A DNA stretch of 64,000 bases from an uncultured bacterium (lineage in GTDB: Bacteria; Babelota; Babeliae; Babelales; Vermiphilaceae), in assembly GCA_963695335.1 (NCBI GenBank), contig OY968764.1, positions 320,001 to 384,000 of the forward strand, written 5' to 3'. Below, in pieces: positions 28,781 to 38,632 of this stretch. The notes below the pieces were generated by a model, which was given only the letters and a program-made list of their open reading frames with translations, ran no database searches and had not been told where the DNA came from. Within the stretch, counting starts at the first letter, position 1. Every line of letters begins with the position of its first letter. The position numbers were made by a program, and so were the translations under genes.

Positions 28781-29441
28781 GAATATTCATCCTTTTTTCT
28801 AAGCGTGCAACTAAGAAAGAGATTGTTGAGGTGAGAATAAGATAAAGCACTGCAAGTGCAAAATAGACGGTAATTGCATCAAATGTTTTACTTTTAATAA
28901 AGTTGCCTTGCTTTGTGAGTTCTGCAACACCAATGAGTGATGCAAGTGATGAATCTTTAATAAGTGTTACAAATTCATTACCAAGCGCAGGTAACGCGGT
29001 GCGCAATGCCTGAGGCAAGATAATAAAGCGGATGGTATCTTGTGTAGAAAAACCAAGCACTTTGGCAGCTTCCATTTGACCTCTACCAATTGATGAAATT
29101 CCTGATTTAATAATTTGGCTGATGTATGCAGCGCTGTTTAAACCAATTGCAATGATTGCTGTCCATACAGCAGGAATATGTATACCACATTGCGGGAGCA
29201 AGAAATATGCACTATAAATTTGAATCAGCATTGGTGTGCCACGAATAATAACAACATAGCTTGTAACAAACGTGTGTAATAATGAGTTGCCACTTGTTTG
29301 CATCAGTGCAAGTACCGTGCCAAGTATAAACCCAATGCAGCAGCTGGTTCCTGCAATTTGCAACGTAACAACAAGACCTTGCAGCAGTACAGGAAGATAT
29401 TCTGCAATAAGATTAAAATCAATAATCATACAAGATTCCAT
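28767..29441 (-). CDS. Polar amino-acid ABC transporter permease (GlnP-like)
   Basis: IRGTPMLIQ, LNSAAYISQII, GQMEAAKVLG, IILPQA, LIKDSSL. Confidence 0.92.
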   Translation of the reverse strand: MESCMIIDFNLIAEYLPVLLQGLVVTLQIAGTSCCIGFILGTVLALMQTSGNSLLHTFVTSYVVIIRGTPMLIQIYSAYFLLPQCGIHIPAVWTAIIAIGLNSAAYISQIIKSGISSIGRGQMEAAKVLGFSTQDTIRFIILPQALRTALPALGNEFVTLIKDSSLASLIGVAELTKQGNFIKSKTFDAITVYFALAVLYLILTSTISFLVARLEKRMNIHAQD

Positions 29442-30199
29442 TTCTTTTTTAAGGCATCAAGGGTGCCATCTTCTTTCATACGATCAAGTGTAATTTGAAT
29501 GTAATCACGCAGCTCTGGATAATGTTTTGAAACAGCAAAAGCACTGGTTTCTTCGGTTGCTGGAATTGGTGTTATAACAAAATTGTTCTGATCATGTTTT
29601 GCAAAGTATGGTTGTATTGAGTGTAGTGCGGTTACAAATGCATCAGCTCTATGACTTTCCAGCGCTAACATGCCATCACTCACTGCAGCAGAAGAAAGAC
29701 GAATAAGATGTATGCCTGGTTGTTCTGACATGTATGAATCTGCCACATATCCTTCATTAACTACAACTGTTTTGCCTGCAAGATCATCAATGTTAGCAAT
29801 AGGCAGTGTAGGTAGGCTTATGATAACTAACGGATTGCCCGATGCTAAGTGTGGTTTTGTAAACAGTGCTCGTTGTGCACGTTCTGGTGTTGGAGTGATT
29901 CCTGCTGCAATCACATGAATGTTACCAAGTTGAATTTCTGGGATTAATGCATCAAAAGGCATATCTTTGATGACCATTTTTTTATTGAGACGTTTAAGAG
30001 CTTCTGTTATGACATCAATATCAAAACCGGTGATGTCATCATCTTCTTTAAATGAAAAAGGTTGAAATTCAGCATTTGTTCCGACTATCACCGTATCGAT
30101 AGGAGTTGCTGTGATAATCTTTTTTTCTGCTCTATACCAGAGGATTGCTGATGTACCCAGAATAAGGGCTATGATTATGTATAATGATGTTTTTTTCAT
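29426..30199 (-). CDS. Polar amino-acid ABC transporter substrate-binding protein
   Basis: VGTNAEFQPF, GFDIDV, FDALIPE, ITPTPER, MKEDGTL..L.KKW. Confidence 0.92.
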   Translation of the reverse strand: MKKTSLYIIIALILGTSAILWYRAEKKIITATPIDTVIVGTNAEFQPFSFKEDDDITGFDIDVITEALKRLNKKMVIKDMPFDALIPEIQLGNIHVIAAGITPTPERAQRALFTKPHLASGNPLVIISLPTLPIANIDDLAGKTVVVNEGYVADSYMSEQPGIHLIRLSSAAVSDGMLALESHRADAFVTALHSIQPYFAKHDQNNFVITPIPATEETSAFAVSKHYPELRDYIQITLDRMKEDGTLDALKKKWNLV

Positions 30200-30367
30200 T
30201 GCTGGCTTTCTTTTTGCGCGCAGAGGAATTTAAATTTTTATGACTATTAGTTTACATTTAATCGTACTGTTTTTTCAGTTTCAGGTCAAAGTTGATGATG
30301 TGATAATTATTTGCTATATAGTAACAAGCGTTAAAAATATTACTACATTTTATGAGGAGCGATTGCT

Positions 30368-30976
30368 ATGAAGAATACAATTTTAGCTGCTGTATTGACA
30401 TCATTTGTGGGAACGGTAGCAGCACAGAGCCATACTGGTTATCTGACGTTTAATTTTGATTCTTGTTACGCCAATTCATACTATAATGACCCTTATTATA
30501 GTAATGAGTATCCAGGCTATGATCATCACCATTATGCACATTGTTTGCCGAGTGAAAGGAATTTAAGAAGACAACTTTATTGGCTCTATTTATATAATCC
30601 ACGAATTTTGGAAGTACAGAACTTTCCGGTAGATTATTTTATTGATACATTAACTGATCATATCAGAGGTTTAGAACATAAAATTTCAGCAAAAACAACT
30701 GGTTTGCGCAGTGGTGCAATGTTACGTGGAACAATTCTTGCAGTATTTACAGCTGCATGGGGCATGTGTACACATGATACGTATAAAAAGTTTTTGAGTG
30801 GTTCTGAGCCGTTTGCTCCTGTTGCTATGCTGGGTGTAGTGACGGCAATGTTGGCAGCAATAACAGGAACTCAATTTGATAGAGTCTATCGTCATGCTGA
30901 GCGTATGGTTGAGCGTTTACAGCGAGATATAACAATTCGTGCGGTTTTGGAAAGAATACGAGATTCACGAATATAG
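30368..30976 (+). CDS. Hypothetical exported two-TM protein related to the 32580-34610 family
   Basis: GAGGAG RBS, signal peptide, two TMs, C-terminal RLQRDITIRAVLERI. Confidence 0.72.
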   Translation: MKNTILAAVLTSFVGTVAAQSHTGYLTFNFDSCYANSYYNDPYYSNEYPGYDHHHYAHCLPSERNLRRQLYWLYLYNPRILEVQNFPVDYFIDTLTDHIRGLEHKISAKTTGLRSGAMLRGTILAVFTAAWGMCTHDTYKKFLSGSEPFAPVAMLGVVTAMLAAITGTQFDRVYRHAERMVERLQRDITIRAVLERIRDSRI

Positions 30977-30990
30977 TGAGCTGAAATAGT

Positions 30991-31033
30991 AAAAAACAAC
31001 CCATGTGCATGAAAGTGCAGGTGGGTTGTTTTT
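30991..31033 (+). terminator. Intrinsic terminator
   Basis: AAAAACAACCCA...TGGGTTGTTTTT. Confidence 0.65.
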
Positions 31034-31089
31034 ATAATGCTGATTTACTATAAAATAGATATAACATCTATTTACCCTGAAAGAAAATT

Positions 31090-31836
31090 ATGTTTAATGA
31101 TCGTACAGCTGATATTGATAAAATAAAAAACGAGATTGATCAATATAGACCGTTGCCAGAATATTTTATGCCAATGCTCAAAGATTATTTCCGTATTGGC
31201 TTAACCTATTCTTCTAACGCCTTAGAAGGTAATACGCTTACCGAAACAGAAACAAAAGTTATTATAGAAGATGGTTTAACGATTGGCGGCAAAACGCTGA
31301 GAGAGCATTTTGAAGTTGTTGGCCACAGCCAAGCATATGATTTTATGTGGAGCAAGGCACAAGATGATCAGTTTACAGAAGATGATATTTGTAAGTTACA
31401 TCATCTTTTTTATTATCGCATTGATGAAAAAAATGCTGGCCATTATCGCACAGTTCCTGTTTTTATCAGTGGAACTGATTATGAATTTCCAAAGCCTGCA
31501 TATCTTTTTTCTTTAATGAGTAAGTTTGTTCATGAGATTCCAGAATTAAAAAAACAATATCATCCTGTTTTTTTTGCTGCTATGGTGCATATGCAATTTG
31601 TGAATATCCATCCATTTATAGACGGTAATGGCCGAACTGCACGATTGCTTATGAATTTGGCATTATTGCAAAGTGGTTATCCTATTACCATTATTCCACC
31701 AATCATGAGATCTACATATATTTCTGCATTGCAAAAAACTAATAAAGGAAATATACAACCCTTTCTGCATTTTATTTCAGAAATGGTGTATGAAAGTTCT
31801 AAGGAATATTTGCGATTGATAAAGTCAGTTGTGTAA
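31090..31836 (+). CDS. Fic-domain protein (class II layout)
   Basis: HPFIDGNGRTAR catalytic motif; N-terminal SNALEGN inhibitory motif. Confidence 0.92.
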   Translation: MFNDRTADIDKIKNEIDQYRPLPEYFMPMLKDYFRIGLTYSSNALEGNTLTETETKVIIEDGLTIGGKTLREHFEVVGHSQAYDFMWSKAQDDQFTEDDICKLHHLFYYRIDEKNAGHYRTVPVFISGTDYEFPKPAYLFSLMSKFVHEIPELKKQYHPVFFAAMVHMQFVNIHPFIDGNGRTARLLMNLALLQSGYPITIIPPIMRSTYISALQKTNKGNIQPFLHFISEMVYESSKEYLRLIKSVV

Positions 31837-31839
31837 TTT

Positions 31840-32409
31840 TTAGCGATGATTATTGCGTCTATAACCGTTGCGTTGTTTGTAATCTCTTCTGAGTGCAGCT
31901 TTACGTTCTTCACCATAATATTGCGCAATTGCTGGGCCGTTAAGATTATGAGGAATGTTTTCTAATCTAACTCTTACGTTATTTTCATAGGAAGTAGGGA
32001 TTGTTTCATATTCTTCTTGTGTATAATGGTGACCTTCTTCGCGAGCAAGTGTGAGCATATCTTTTTTGGTTCCTGTTTTAACTTGATTACATAAAACAGC
32101 ACGCATTATTTGATTAGCCAAATCTTTATCACGTGAATCAATGCTGTACAGGTTTTGCCTTATTGCAGCTACCATTTCTTGCATTTCATTGAGTGGAATA
32201 ACGCATGATTGTCCGTTCATATTTGATATGAATTGAGCAATATAATCATCTTCTGTTATTCCAGCAGGAGCTTGATCAGAAATTTCTTGTTGTTGTGGGG
32301 TACCAAAGGGCCATAGTATAAAGCGCCATTCACAAGGAGTTGGGAGGGTTTGTAAGGTTGTTGTGAGGAGAATAAGACTGAGGAAGCTATTTTTGAGTAA
32401 TTTGTTCAT
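31840..32409 (-). CDS. Hypothetical exported protein
   Basis: AAGGA RBS, signal-peptide-like leader, 189-aa ORF. Confidence 0.68.
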   Translation of the reverse strand: MNKLLKNSFLSLILLTTTLQTLPTPCEWRFILWPFGTPQQQEISDQAPAGITEDDYIAQFISNMNGQSCVIPLNEMQEMVAAIRQNLYSIDSRDKDLANQIMRAVLCNQVKTGTKKDMLTLAREEGHHYTQEEYETIPTSYENNVRVRLENIPHNLNGPAIAQYYGEERKAALRRDYKQRNGYRRNNHR

Positions 32410-32579
32410 GGAAATCCTTTATGTTTGTTGGTTAATAATTGGCTTTAATTATAGTGATTGCTTGGTGCCTTATCAAGGTGTATTAGCAGATGAATAGGAG
32501 TGATATGGACAAATTGTCATAAAAGTGTAAAATTATAAATATCAAAAAGAGTTTTATTGTCATTATTTAGGGGGCGACA

Positions 32580-33260
32580 ATGTCTAAGAAAAGTATAATT
32601 TTAATGCTTGGTGTGCTTGGTAGTACAGTATCATTACTTTCGATGAATGAAGATGATAAGCGTGCGATTCGCAAAGAGTTATATGCAAATTATGCAAATG
32701 GTCGAATTAATGCCGCTACTTTGTATGAATCTGGTTTGACTTTGGAAGAAGTCATTGATCGTGATATTGATATTTTAGATGATCACAAATATGAGCTTCA
32801 ATCTAGACTTGGCTTTTGTAAAGGTGCGATTAAGAGTGATTTATTTTTAGGATGTTTTTGGGGAGGATCTTTTCTTTTAGCAGGTTTTACTTGTGGCGAT
32901 TCTATTGGAAAAATAGATAATATTATGCATAATGATTATCTATCTGGAAAATCAGGGGTGTGGATTGTTGATAATATTGCATATAATTTACTTTCATCTG
33001 TTGAATATAGAAGATTTGTAAAAGAGAATATGAGTTCTATTACTAAATCTGATCCTAAGATGCAATCTCTTCTTAATGTAATGCTTGTGACCGGTATAGC
33101 TACTATTGTATGCGGATTATTATTTTCTAAGAAAGTTTGTAATATTCTTGATTATGCAAAAACACTGTATAGATATATTCAAAAAACTCAGCGACGCGTT
33201 GAACGTGATCAAGCAATCATTGTGCAATTAAAAGAAATAAAGCATACTTTAGCTATTTAA
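32580..33260 (+). CDS. Exported two-TM protein, tandem paralogue 1
   Basis: LLS|MNEDDK; ends RDQAIIVQLKEIKHTLAI. Confidence 0.78.
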   Translation: MSKKSIILMLGVLGSTVSLLSMNEDDKRAIRKELYANYANGRINAATLYESGLTLEEVIDRDIDILDDHKYELQSRLGFCKGAIKSDLFLGCFWGGSFLLAGFTCGDSIGKIDNIMHNDYLSGKSGVWIVDNIAYNLLSSVEYRRFVKENMSSITKSDPKMQSLLNVMLVTGIATIVCGLLFSKKVCNILDYAKTLYRYIQKTQRRVERDQAIIVQLKEIKHTLAI

Positions 33261-33338
33261 AATTTTACCATTTATCACAAAAGTATAGAGCTATAAATAT
33301 TAGAAAGTTTTTTTATTATCATTATTTAGGGGGCGACA

Positions 33339-34031
33339 ATGTCTAAGAAAAGTATAATTTTAATGCTTGGTGTACTTGGTAGTACAGTATCATTACTTTC
33401 GATGAATGAAGATGATAAGCGTGCGATTCGTAAAGAGTTGTATGCGAATTATGCAAATGGTCAGCTGAATGTTGTTACTTTGTCTGAAAGTGGATTAACA
33501 GTATCAGAAGTTATTGATCGTGATATTCAAATTTTATCCGAGCATAAAAATGTGTTGTTAAAAAAAATGGATGTTTATAAGAGTAGAATAGTTTGGGATC
33601 CTGCTTTTGATAAAGTGGGCATTGTTTTTTCTGGTGCTATTTTTGGATTAGCGTGTGGTGTCCATCATCTTGCTGCAGAAACAATAAGAGATTTTACTAA
33701 TAATGGTAAACTTTTAACACATACAGGTAATTGGTTTACGGATTATGTTGAATATTTTCAGATGTCAACTCGTGAATATAAAAAGTTAATTGCGCAGAAT
33801 TTAACAATTAAGGCTGCTCAAGATCCTGAAGCAGTAATAGCAGGCGCATGTCTACTTCCGGCATATGCTATTCTTTCTGTAGCAGGCGTAATATGTTTAA
33901 AGAAAATATATAACGTTATGGTGCATCCTTATAAATTACGTAGATGTCTTGTAAAAGTTAAAAATCGTTTTGATCGTGATCAAGCAATTATTGTGCAATT
34001 AAAAGAAATAAAGCATACTTTAGCTATTTAA
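33339..34031 (+). CDS. Exported two-TM protein, tandem paralogue 2
   Basis: Termini identical to 32580-33260, divergent core. Confidence 0.78.
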   Translation: MSKKSIILMLGVLGSTVSLLSMNEDDKRAIRKELYANYANGQLNVVTLSESGLTVSEVIDRDIQILSEHKNVLLKKMDVYKSRIVWDPAFDKVGIVFSGAIFGLACGVHHLAAETIRDFTNNGKLLTHTGNWFTDYVEYFQMSTREYKKLIAQNLTIKAAQDPEAVIAGACLLPAYAILSVAGVICLKKIYNVMVHPYKLRRCLVKVKNRFDRDQAIIVQLKEIKHTLAI

Positions 34032-34049
34032 AATTTTACTCACATAAGG

Positions 34050-34610
34050 ATGATGATGAATAAATTACATGTGTTGGCATTAACAGGCTTGATGGTTTGT
34101 GGAATAAATAATGCATCAATGATGGGGCAAGAACAGAGAGAAGTTCTTTATACATTGAACACACTTGGGCAAGATTTTTCTAATGTTCCAATGATTGCTC
34201 AAAACATTGACATGTTTAAGGGTGTTCTTGAAATGAACATTCAGGTGAATGAAGCAAAGTTAAAAGATGCTAATAAGAACATGAAGACTGCATTATGGAA
34301 AAATGCATCATTATTGGCAGGTACTATAGTTGGACAATTTATATTTAATGTTGGTCTTGAAACTGCAAAAAGTGCAGCCGCTCAAGTTGGTTATAATTCT
34401 TTAAGTATGAAAACAATAACAGGGTTGCTTATTCAAGGTAGTATTACATGCAGAAGTCTAATGCATATATGTGCTGCTCTTAATATTTACGATGCAGGGA
34501 AAAACAGATCAGCATTGGTAGAAGCGATAGCTTTAGATAAAGAGATTTTAAGCAAATTAGAAGAAATCGACGCCTCCATGGACTTTCTGACAGAAACTCC
34601 AGCAGAATAA
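34050..34610 (+). CDS. Exported membrane protein, distant member of the same family
   Basis: Signal peptide then MMG; C-terminal AIALDKEILSKLEEI. Confidence 0.68.
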   Translation: MMMNKLHVLALTGLMVCGINNASMMGQEQREVLYTLNTLGQDFSNVPMIAQNIDMFKGVLEMNIQVNEAKLKDANKNMKTALWKNASLLAGTIVGQFIFNVGLETAKSAAAQVGYNSLSMKTITGLLIQGSITCRSLMHICAALNIYDAGKNRSALVEAIALDKEILSKLEEIDASMDFLTETPAE

Positions 34611-34629
34611 GGCCTTTTAGTGCTTCGAT

Positions 34630-34658
34630 TTGACAGTTTGTAAAAAAAGAGGTAGTCT
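34630..34658 (+). promoter_or_regulatory. Sigma70-type promoter about 190 nt upstream of the DEAD-box helicase
   Basis: TTGACA, 17 nt, TAGTCT. Confidence 0.55.
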
Positions 34659-34850
34659 TAAGTATATAAGTAAAAAGCTGTTCCTAATATTATAGAAATA
34701 TCTAGATTGAGAGCGCTTATCCAGAAATTATTCACGGTTAAGCGCTTTTTTCTCTTCAATGGGCTCATGTGGGCGCTGATAAGAAATTTAGGAATAGGCT
34801 TTAGCAGTAGTTGTTATAAGTTTTATTCCTTATTTTTATAGGTGACACGT

Positions 34851-36524
34851 ATGAGTATACATGCATTGGGTGTTGATGAACGTATTGTAAAAGCGGTTTC
34901 TGAGCTAGGTTTTACCCAACCAACAGCAATTCAAGAAAAAGCGATTCCTCTTCTTTTACAAGGTGATAGAGATTTAATAGGTTTAGCGCAAACGGGGACT
35001 GGTAAAACGGCTGCGTTTGGATTACCTTTAATTTCTGCTGTTATGGATGGAAAAACTCAGGGATTGGTTATTTGTCCAACTCGTGAGCTTTGTTTGCAGA
35101 TTACCAAAGAATTAACAGCGTATTCTAAATATATTCCAGGTTTTAGTGTTGTTGCGGTGTATGGTGGTGCTGATATTAGAACTCAGATTTCAGCAATTAG
35201 ACGCGGAGCACATATTATTGTGGGAACTCCAGGGCGATTAATTGATCATATCAAACGCAAAACTATCAATTTAGAAAATATGAGCCGTGTGGTTCTTGAT
35301 GAAGCTGATCAAATGTTAGATATGGGGTTTCAGGAAGATATCGATGAAATCTTAAAATCTACTCCAAAAGAAAAAAAAGTATGGTTGTTTTCTGCAACTA
35401 TGCAACCAAAAATTGAAAAAATAGCACATACATACATGCATAATCCATTGCATATTACAGTGGGTCAAAAAAATAGCGGCGCAACCAATATTGAACATCA
35501 GTATTGCATTGTAAGAATACCAGATATTCAAAACGCAGTTCGTCGTTTTATTGATCTTTATCCTGATATGTTTGGTATTGTTTTCTGCCGCACCAAACGT
35601 GATGCGCAAGAGATGAGTGCACAGCTTATTAGCGCTGGTTACAATTCTGATGCATTACACGGCGATTTATCACAACCACAGCGTGATTCTGTAATGAAAA
35701 AATTCAGAGATAAAAAAATACAAGTGTTAGTTGCAACAGATGTTGCTGCGCGCGGTATTGACGTTGATGGTGTTACACACGTATTACATTGCAATTTACC
35801 AGATGATATAGAAAACTACACTCATCGCAGTGGCCGTACAGCACGTGCTGGTAAGTCAGGTGTTTCTATTATTATCGGATCATCACTCAGAAAAATTAAA
35901 TTTATTGAACAACAACTTGGTATTACGGTTAAACCTGTTCAAGTTCCAACTGGTGATACATTGTGTCAAAAACAGTTAGAACATTTTTCACAGAAATTGA
36001 TTGAAACTCCAATTAATGAAGTTATTAAACCGTATGTATCAGTGATTCAAGATTCTTTAAGTGCATTATCAAAAGAAGAAATCATTGAAAAAGTAGTTTC
36101 ACTTAATTGTGGTGAAATGTTACAGCATTACAAAAAAGCATCAGACTTAAACTCTTCTGCAGCAGCTCGTAATGATTTTTCTCGAGACAGAGATAATAGC
36201 AGAGGCGGTAGAGACAGCAGAGGCAGAAGAAGTAATGCTGATCACGTACCATCTGGCCGCTTTAACGGTTCTAATAACCGTGATGAAGCTCGTCTGTTCA
36301 TCAACGTTGGTAAAATTGATTCAATGACCAAAGAAAGCTTGATTAAGTTCATCGCAACTTCATCATCAGTTGATGGAGCATGCGTAAGCCGTATTTCTAT
36401 GCAAAATACACGTTCATTCTTCACCGTGGAAGATAGCAGAAAAGCTCAAGCAATTGTGCGTTCGCTTAAAGATTCTACATTAAAAGGTAGAAGAATACAT
36501 GTTGAGTTTGAACCGGGTAGATAA
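34851..36524 (+). CDS. deaD: DEAD-box RNA helicase (DeaD/CsdA-like, DbpA-type RNA-binding C-terminus)
   Basis: Q motif, AQTGTGKT, PTREL, GTPGR, DEAD, SAT, ARGID, HRSGRTARAG, RLFINVGK. Confidence 0.92.
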   Translation: MSIHALGVDERIVKAVSELGFTQPTAIQEKAIPLLLQGDRDLIGLAQTGTGKTAAFGLPLISAVMDGKTQGLVICPTRELCLQITKELTAYSKYIPGFSVVAVYGGADIRTQISAIRRGAHIIVGTPGRLIDHIKRKTINLENMSRVVLDEADQMLDMGFQEDIDEILKSTPKEKKVWLFSATMQPKIEKIAHTYMHNPLHITVGQKNSGATNIEHQYCIVRIPDIQNAVRRFIDLYPDMFGIVFCRTKRDAQEMSAQLISAGYNSDALHGDLSQPQRDSVMKKFRDKKIQVLVATDVAARGIDVDGVTHVLHCNLPDDIENYTHRSGRTARAGKSGVSIIIGSSLRKIKFIEQQLGITVKPVQVPTGDTLCQKQLEHFSQKLIETPINEVIKPYVSVIQDSLSALSKEEIIEKVVSLNCGEMLQHYKKASDLNSSAAARNDFSRDRDNSRGGRDSRGRRSNADHVPSGRFNGSNNRDEARLFINVGKIDSMTKESLIKFIATSSSVDGACVSRISMQNTRSFFTVEDSRKAQAIVRSLKDSTLKGRRIHVEFEPGR

Positions 36525-36548
36525 TATTCTTTTGTTTTGATTTATGTG

Positions 36549-36582
36549 AAATGGGTACGAAATTTTCGTACCCATTTTTTTT
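36549..36582 (+). terminator. Intrinsic terminator
   Basis: AAATGGGTACGAA-AT-TTCGTACCCATTT plus T tract. Confidence 0.8.
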
Positions 36583-36620
36583 GTGCAAATAATCTATAGG
36601 GAACTATTTTTTGATCTAAC

Positions 36621-36793
36621 CCCGCTCGTCCTGAGTGTTTTTTGTCTACAAAAAATGTATCGAAGGATGCGGAAACCGATAATCACAAATCTTTTGTATA
36701 TTGCACCCTTTTGCCCCAATTTTCATTTCATTCCAATCGGGGTCCCCATCGAAAGAAACTGAAGATGGGGTTAAAACACTCAGGACGAACGGA
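36621..36793. repeat. Composite repeat (family A variant with nested B)
   Basis: CCGCTCGTCCTGAGTGT...ATCGAAGG...CCCTT-[B 36711-36774]-AACACTCAGGACGAACGG. Confidence 0.88.
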
Positions 36794-36870
36794 TGGTAAT
36801 TATTTTTAATTTTAGGATAAGCTATAATATAATAGATTACGTTAATTTTTATATTAATTGGTGAGTTATA

Positions 36871-37680
36871 ATGCATCAAGTAACACAATTTAAAGAATTT
36901 ATTTGGAATTTTTATGAACAAAATAGAAGGGATTTTGCATGGCGACATGTAGAAAATCCCTATTTTGTTTTAGTTTCAGAAATAATGTTGCAGCAAACAC
37001 AGACGCAGCGAGTGATCACAAAATATGAACAGTTTATTGCAGCATTTCCTGATTTTCAGAGCTTAGCTGCAGCATCATTGCGTGATGTTTTATTGGTGTG
37101 GCAAGGTCTTGGATACTATCGCCGTGCACGTTTTTTACATCAATTAGCGCAGATTGTGGTGAATGAACATGGTGGCATATTGCCACAAGATCCAAAAGTT
37201 TTACAAACATTGCCAGGAATTGGTCCAAATACCGCAGGCTCTGTGTGTGCATTTGCATTTAATAAGCCTGTTGTTTTTATAGAGACAAATATTAGAACAG
37301 TGTTTATTGATAGTTTTTTTCGTGCTCAGGAGAGCGTTAATGATAAAGAGTTGCTGCCATTAATTATCGCAACTGTTGATCAGAGCAATCCGCGTGAATG
37401 GTATTATGCGTTGATGGATTATGGAGTGTTTTTAAAAGCGCGTAAAGTAAATCCAAGTCGTAAAAGTGCGCACTATAATAAACAATCTAAGTTTGAAGGT
37501 TCTGATCGGCAGATAAGAGCAAAGGTTGTGAAGTTTATTACTGAGAATGAACATGTATCGCATGATCAAGTTTTGAAGTTAATTAATCAAGATACGAGTA
37601 GAGTGGAAAAGATTATAGATAAGCTTGTTGTAGAAGATTTTATTAAAAAATCAGCAGAGAACGTGTATACTATTGGATGA
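36871..37680 (+). CDS. mutY: A/G-specific adenine glycosylase, short form without Fe-S motif
   Basis: PYFVLVSEIMLQQTQ, WQGLGYYRRA, LPGIGPNTA, ETNIR, ALMDYG, QSKFEGSDRQIR. Confidence 0.88.
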   Translation: MHQVTQFKEFIWNFYEQNRRDFAWRHVENPYFVLVSEIMLQQTQTQRVITKYEQFIAAFPDFQSLAAASLRDVLLVWQGLGYYRRARFLHQLAQIVVNEHGGILPQDPKVLQTLPGIGPNTAGSVCAFAFNKPVVFIETNIRTVFIDSFFRAQESVNDKELLPLIIATVDQSNPREWYYALMDYGVFLKARKVNPSRKSAHYNKQSKFEGSDRQIRAKVVKFITENEHVSHDQVLKLINQDTSRVEKIIDKLVVEDFIKKSAENVYTIG

Positions 37681-37711
37681 ATTTAGCGCTGAACATAAAA
37701 CTATTTTCCCT

Positions 37712-37886
37712 TCCGCTCGCCCTGAGTGTTTTTGTCTTCAAAAACGTATCGAAGGGTATGCGGAAAAATAATAATATTAAGTCCTCTGTATGTTGCACCC
37801 TTTTGCCCCAATTTCCATTTCATTCCAATCGGGGTCCCCCATCGAAAGAAACTGAAGATGGGGTTAAAACACTCAGGGCGAGCGGA
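37712..37886. repeat. Composite repeat (family A variant with nested B), direct copy of 36621-36793
   Basis: B at 37803-37867; same flanking arms. Confidence 0.88.
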
Positions 37887-37917
37887 AAGAGTAAAAACTT
37901 TAATTAAGGCACTGTGT

Positions 37918-38628
37918 ATGAAAAAAACAATTATTCTTTCGTTAACAATGTTAACGTCTAACATCTCACTACATCCCATTCAAAGTTCAACAGCAGATGC
38001 GTGCACAGCTCTTGTAGCAGCAGCATGTGCAGGTGGCAGTTATAAATTATATTTTGATGCACCAAAAACTTTTAATCCTGGTATTTTGGCTGGCGTAAGT
38101 TGTGTAATAACAGCGGTAGTATATCATTTTTTGCACACAGCAACTCCAGCAGGGCGTATCAAACGAGCAAACATTTTGCTTGATGATATTGCACGCCATA
38201 CATTGGCGCGCGTTGCATTTGATAATGAAATAGTGTTTTTTGATGCCGTACAAGATATGTATTTAACAGAAGATTTGCCGTTAATTAGCGCATATAATCA
38301 TTTGATTAATTTGGTTCCAGCAATGCATTATACATTAAGTTTGATTAATAAGGCGTCAGCAGAAGTCAGAAAAGATGTGTTGTTGCAAGAAGAGTGTGAT
38401 GCATCATTGTCACGTGCAAATCTATTATTTGATAACATATCAGATGCAATTAAGTGGATTAGAAATCACAAAGATTATTTATCGCAGTTGAGTATTTATA
38501 AAGAAAATTTGGCACAAGAAAAACAAACGCTTGCTCAGCAGCAAATGGCTCATGCGCAATATAGTATTGCTCAAGCGCAGCAAGATTCTAATTTCTTAAA
38601 ATGGTTGAAATTTATTTTTGGGCGTTAA
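37918..38628 (+). CDS. Hypothetical exported/membrane protein
   Basis: Start moved to MKKTIIL because the upstream extension is repeat-derived; two hydrophobic segments, Gln-rich coiled-coil tail. Confidence 0.72.
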   Translation: MKKTIILSLTMLTSNISLHPIQSSTADACTALVAAACAGGSYKLYFDAPKTFNPGILAGVSCVITAVVYHFLHTATPAGRIKRANILLDDIARHTLARVAFDNEIVFFDAVQDMYLTEDLPLISAYNHLINLVPAMHYTLSLINKASAEVRKDVLLQEECDASLSRANLLFDNISDAIKWIRNHKDYLSQLSIYKENLAQEKQTLAQQQMAHAQYSIAQAQQDSNFLKWLKFIFGR

Positions 38629-38632
38629 CATA

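Noticed and set aside
31090..31836. Fic as a toxin-antitoxin pair with a neighbouring gene
   Set aside because: The inhibitory motif is within the same protein and no small upstream antitoxin ORF is evident.
32560..34039. Diversity-generating retroelement
   Set aside because: No reverse transcriptase in the window, and the differences are not confined to adenines in a template/variable repeat pair.
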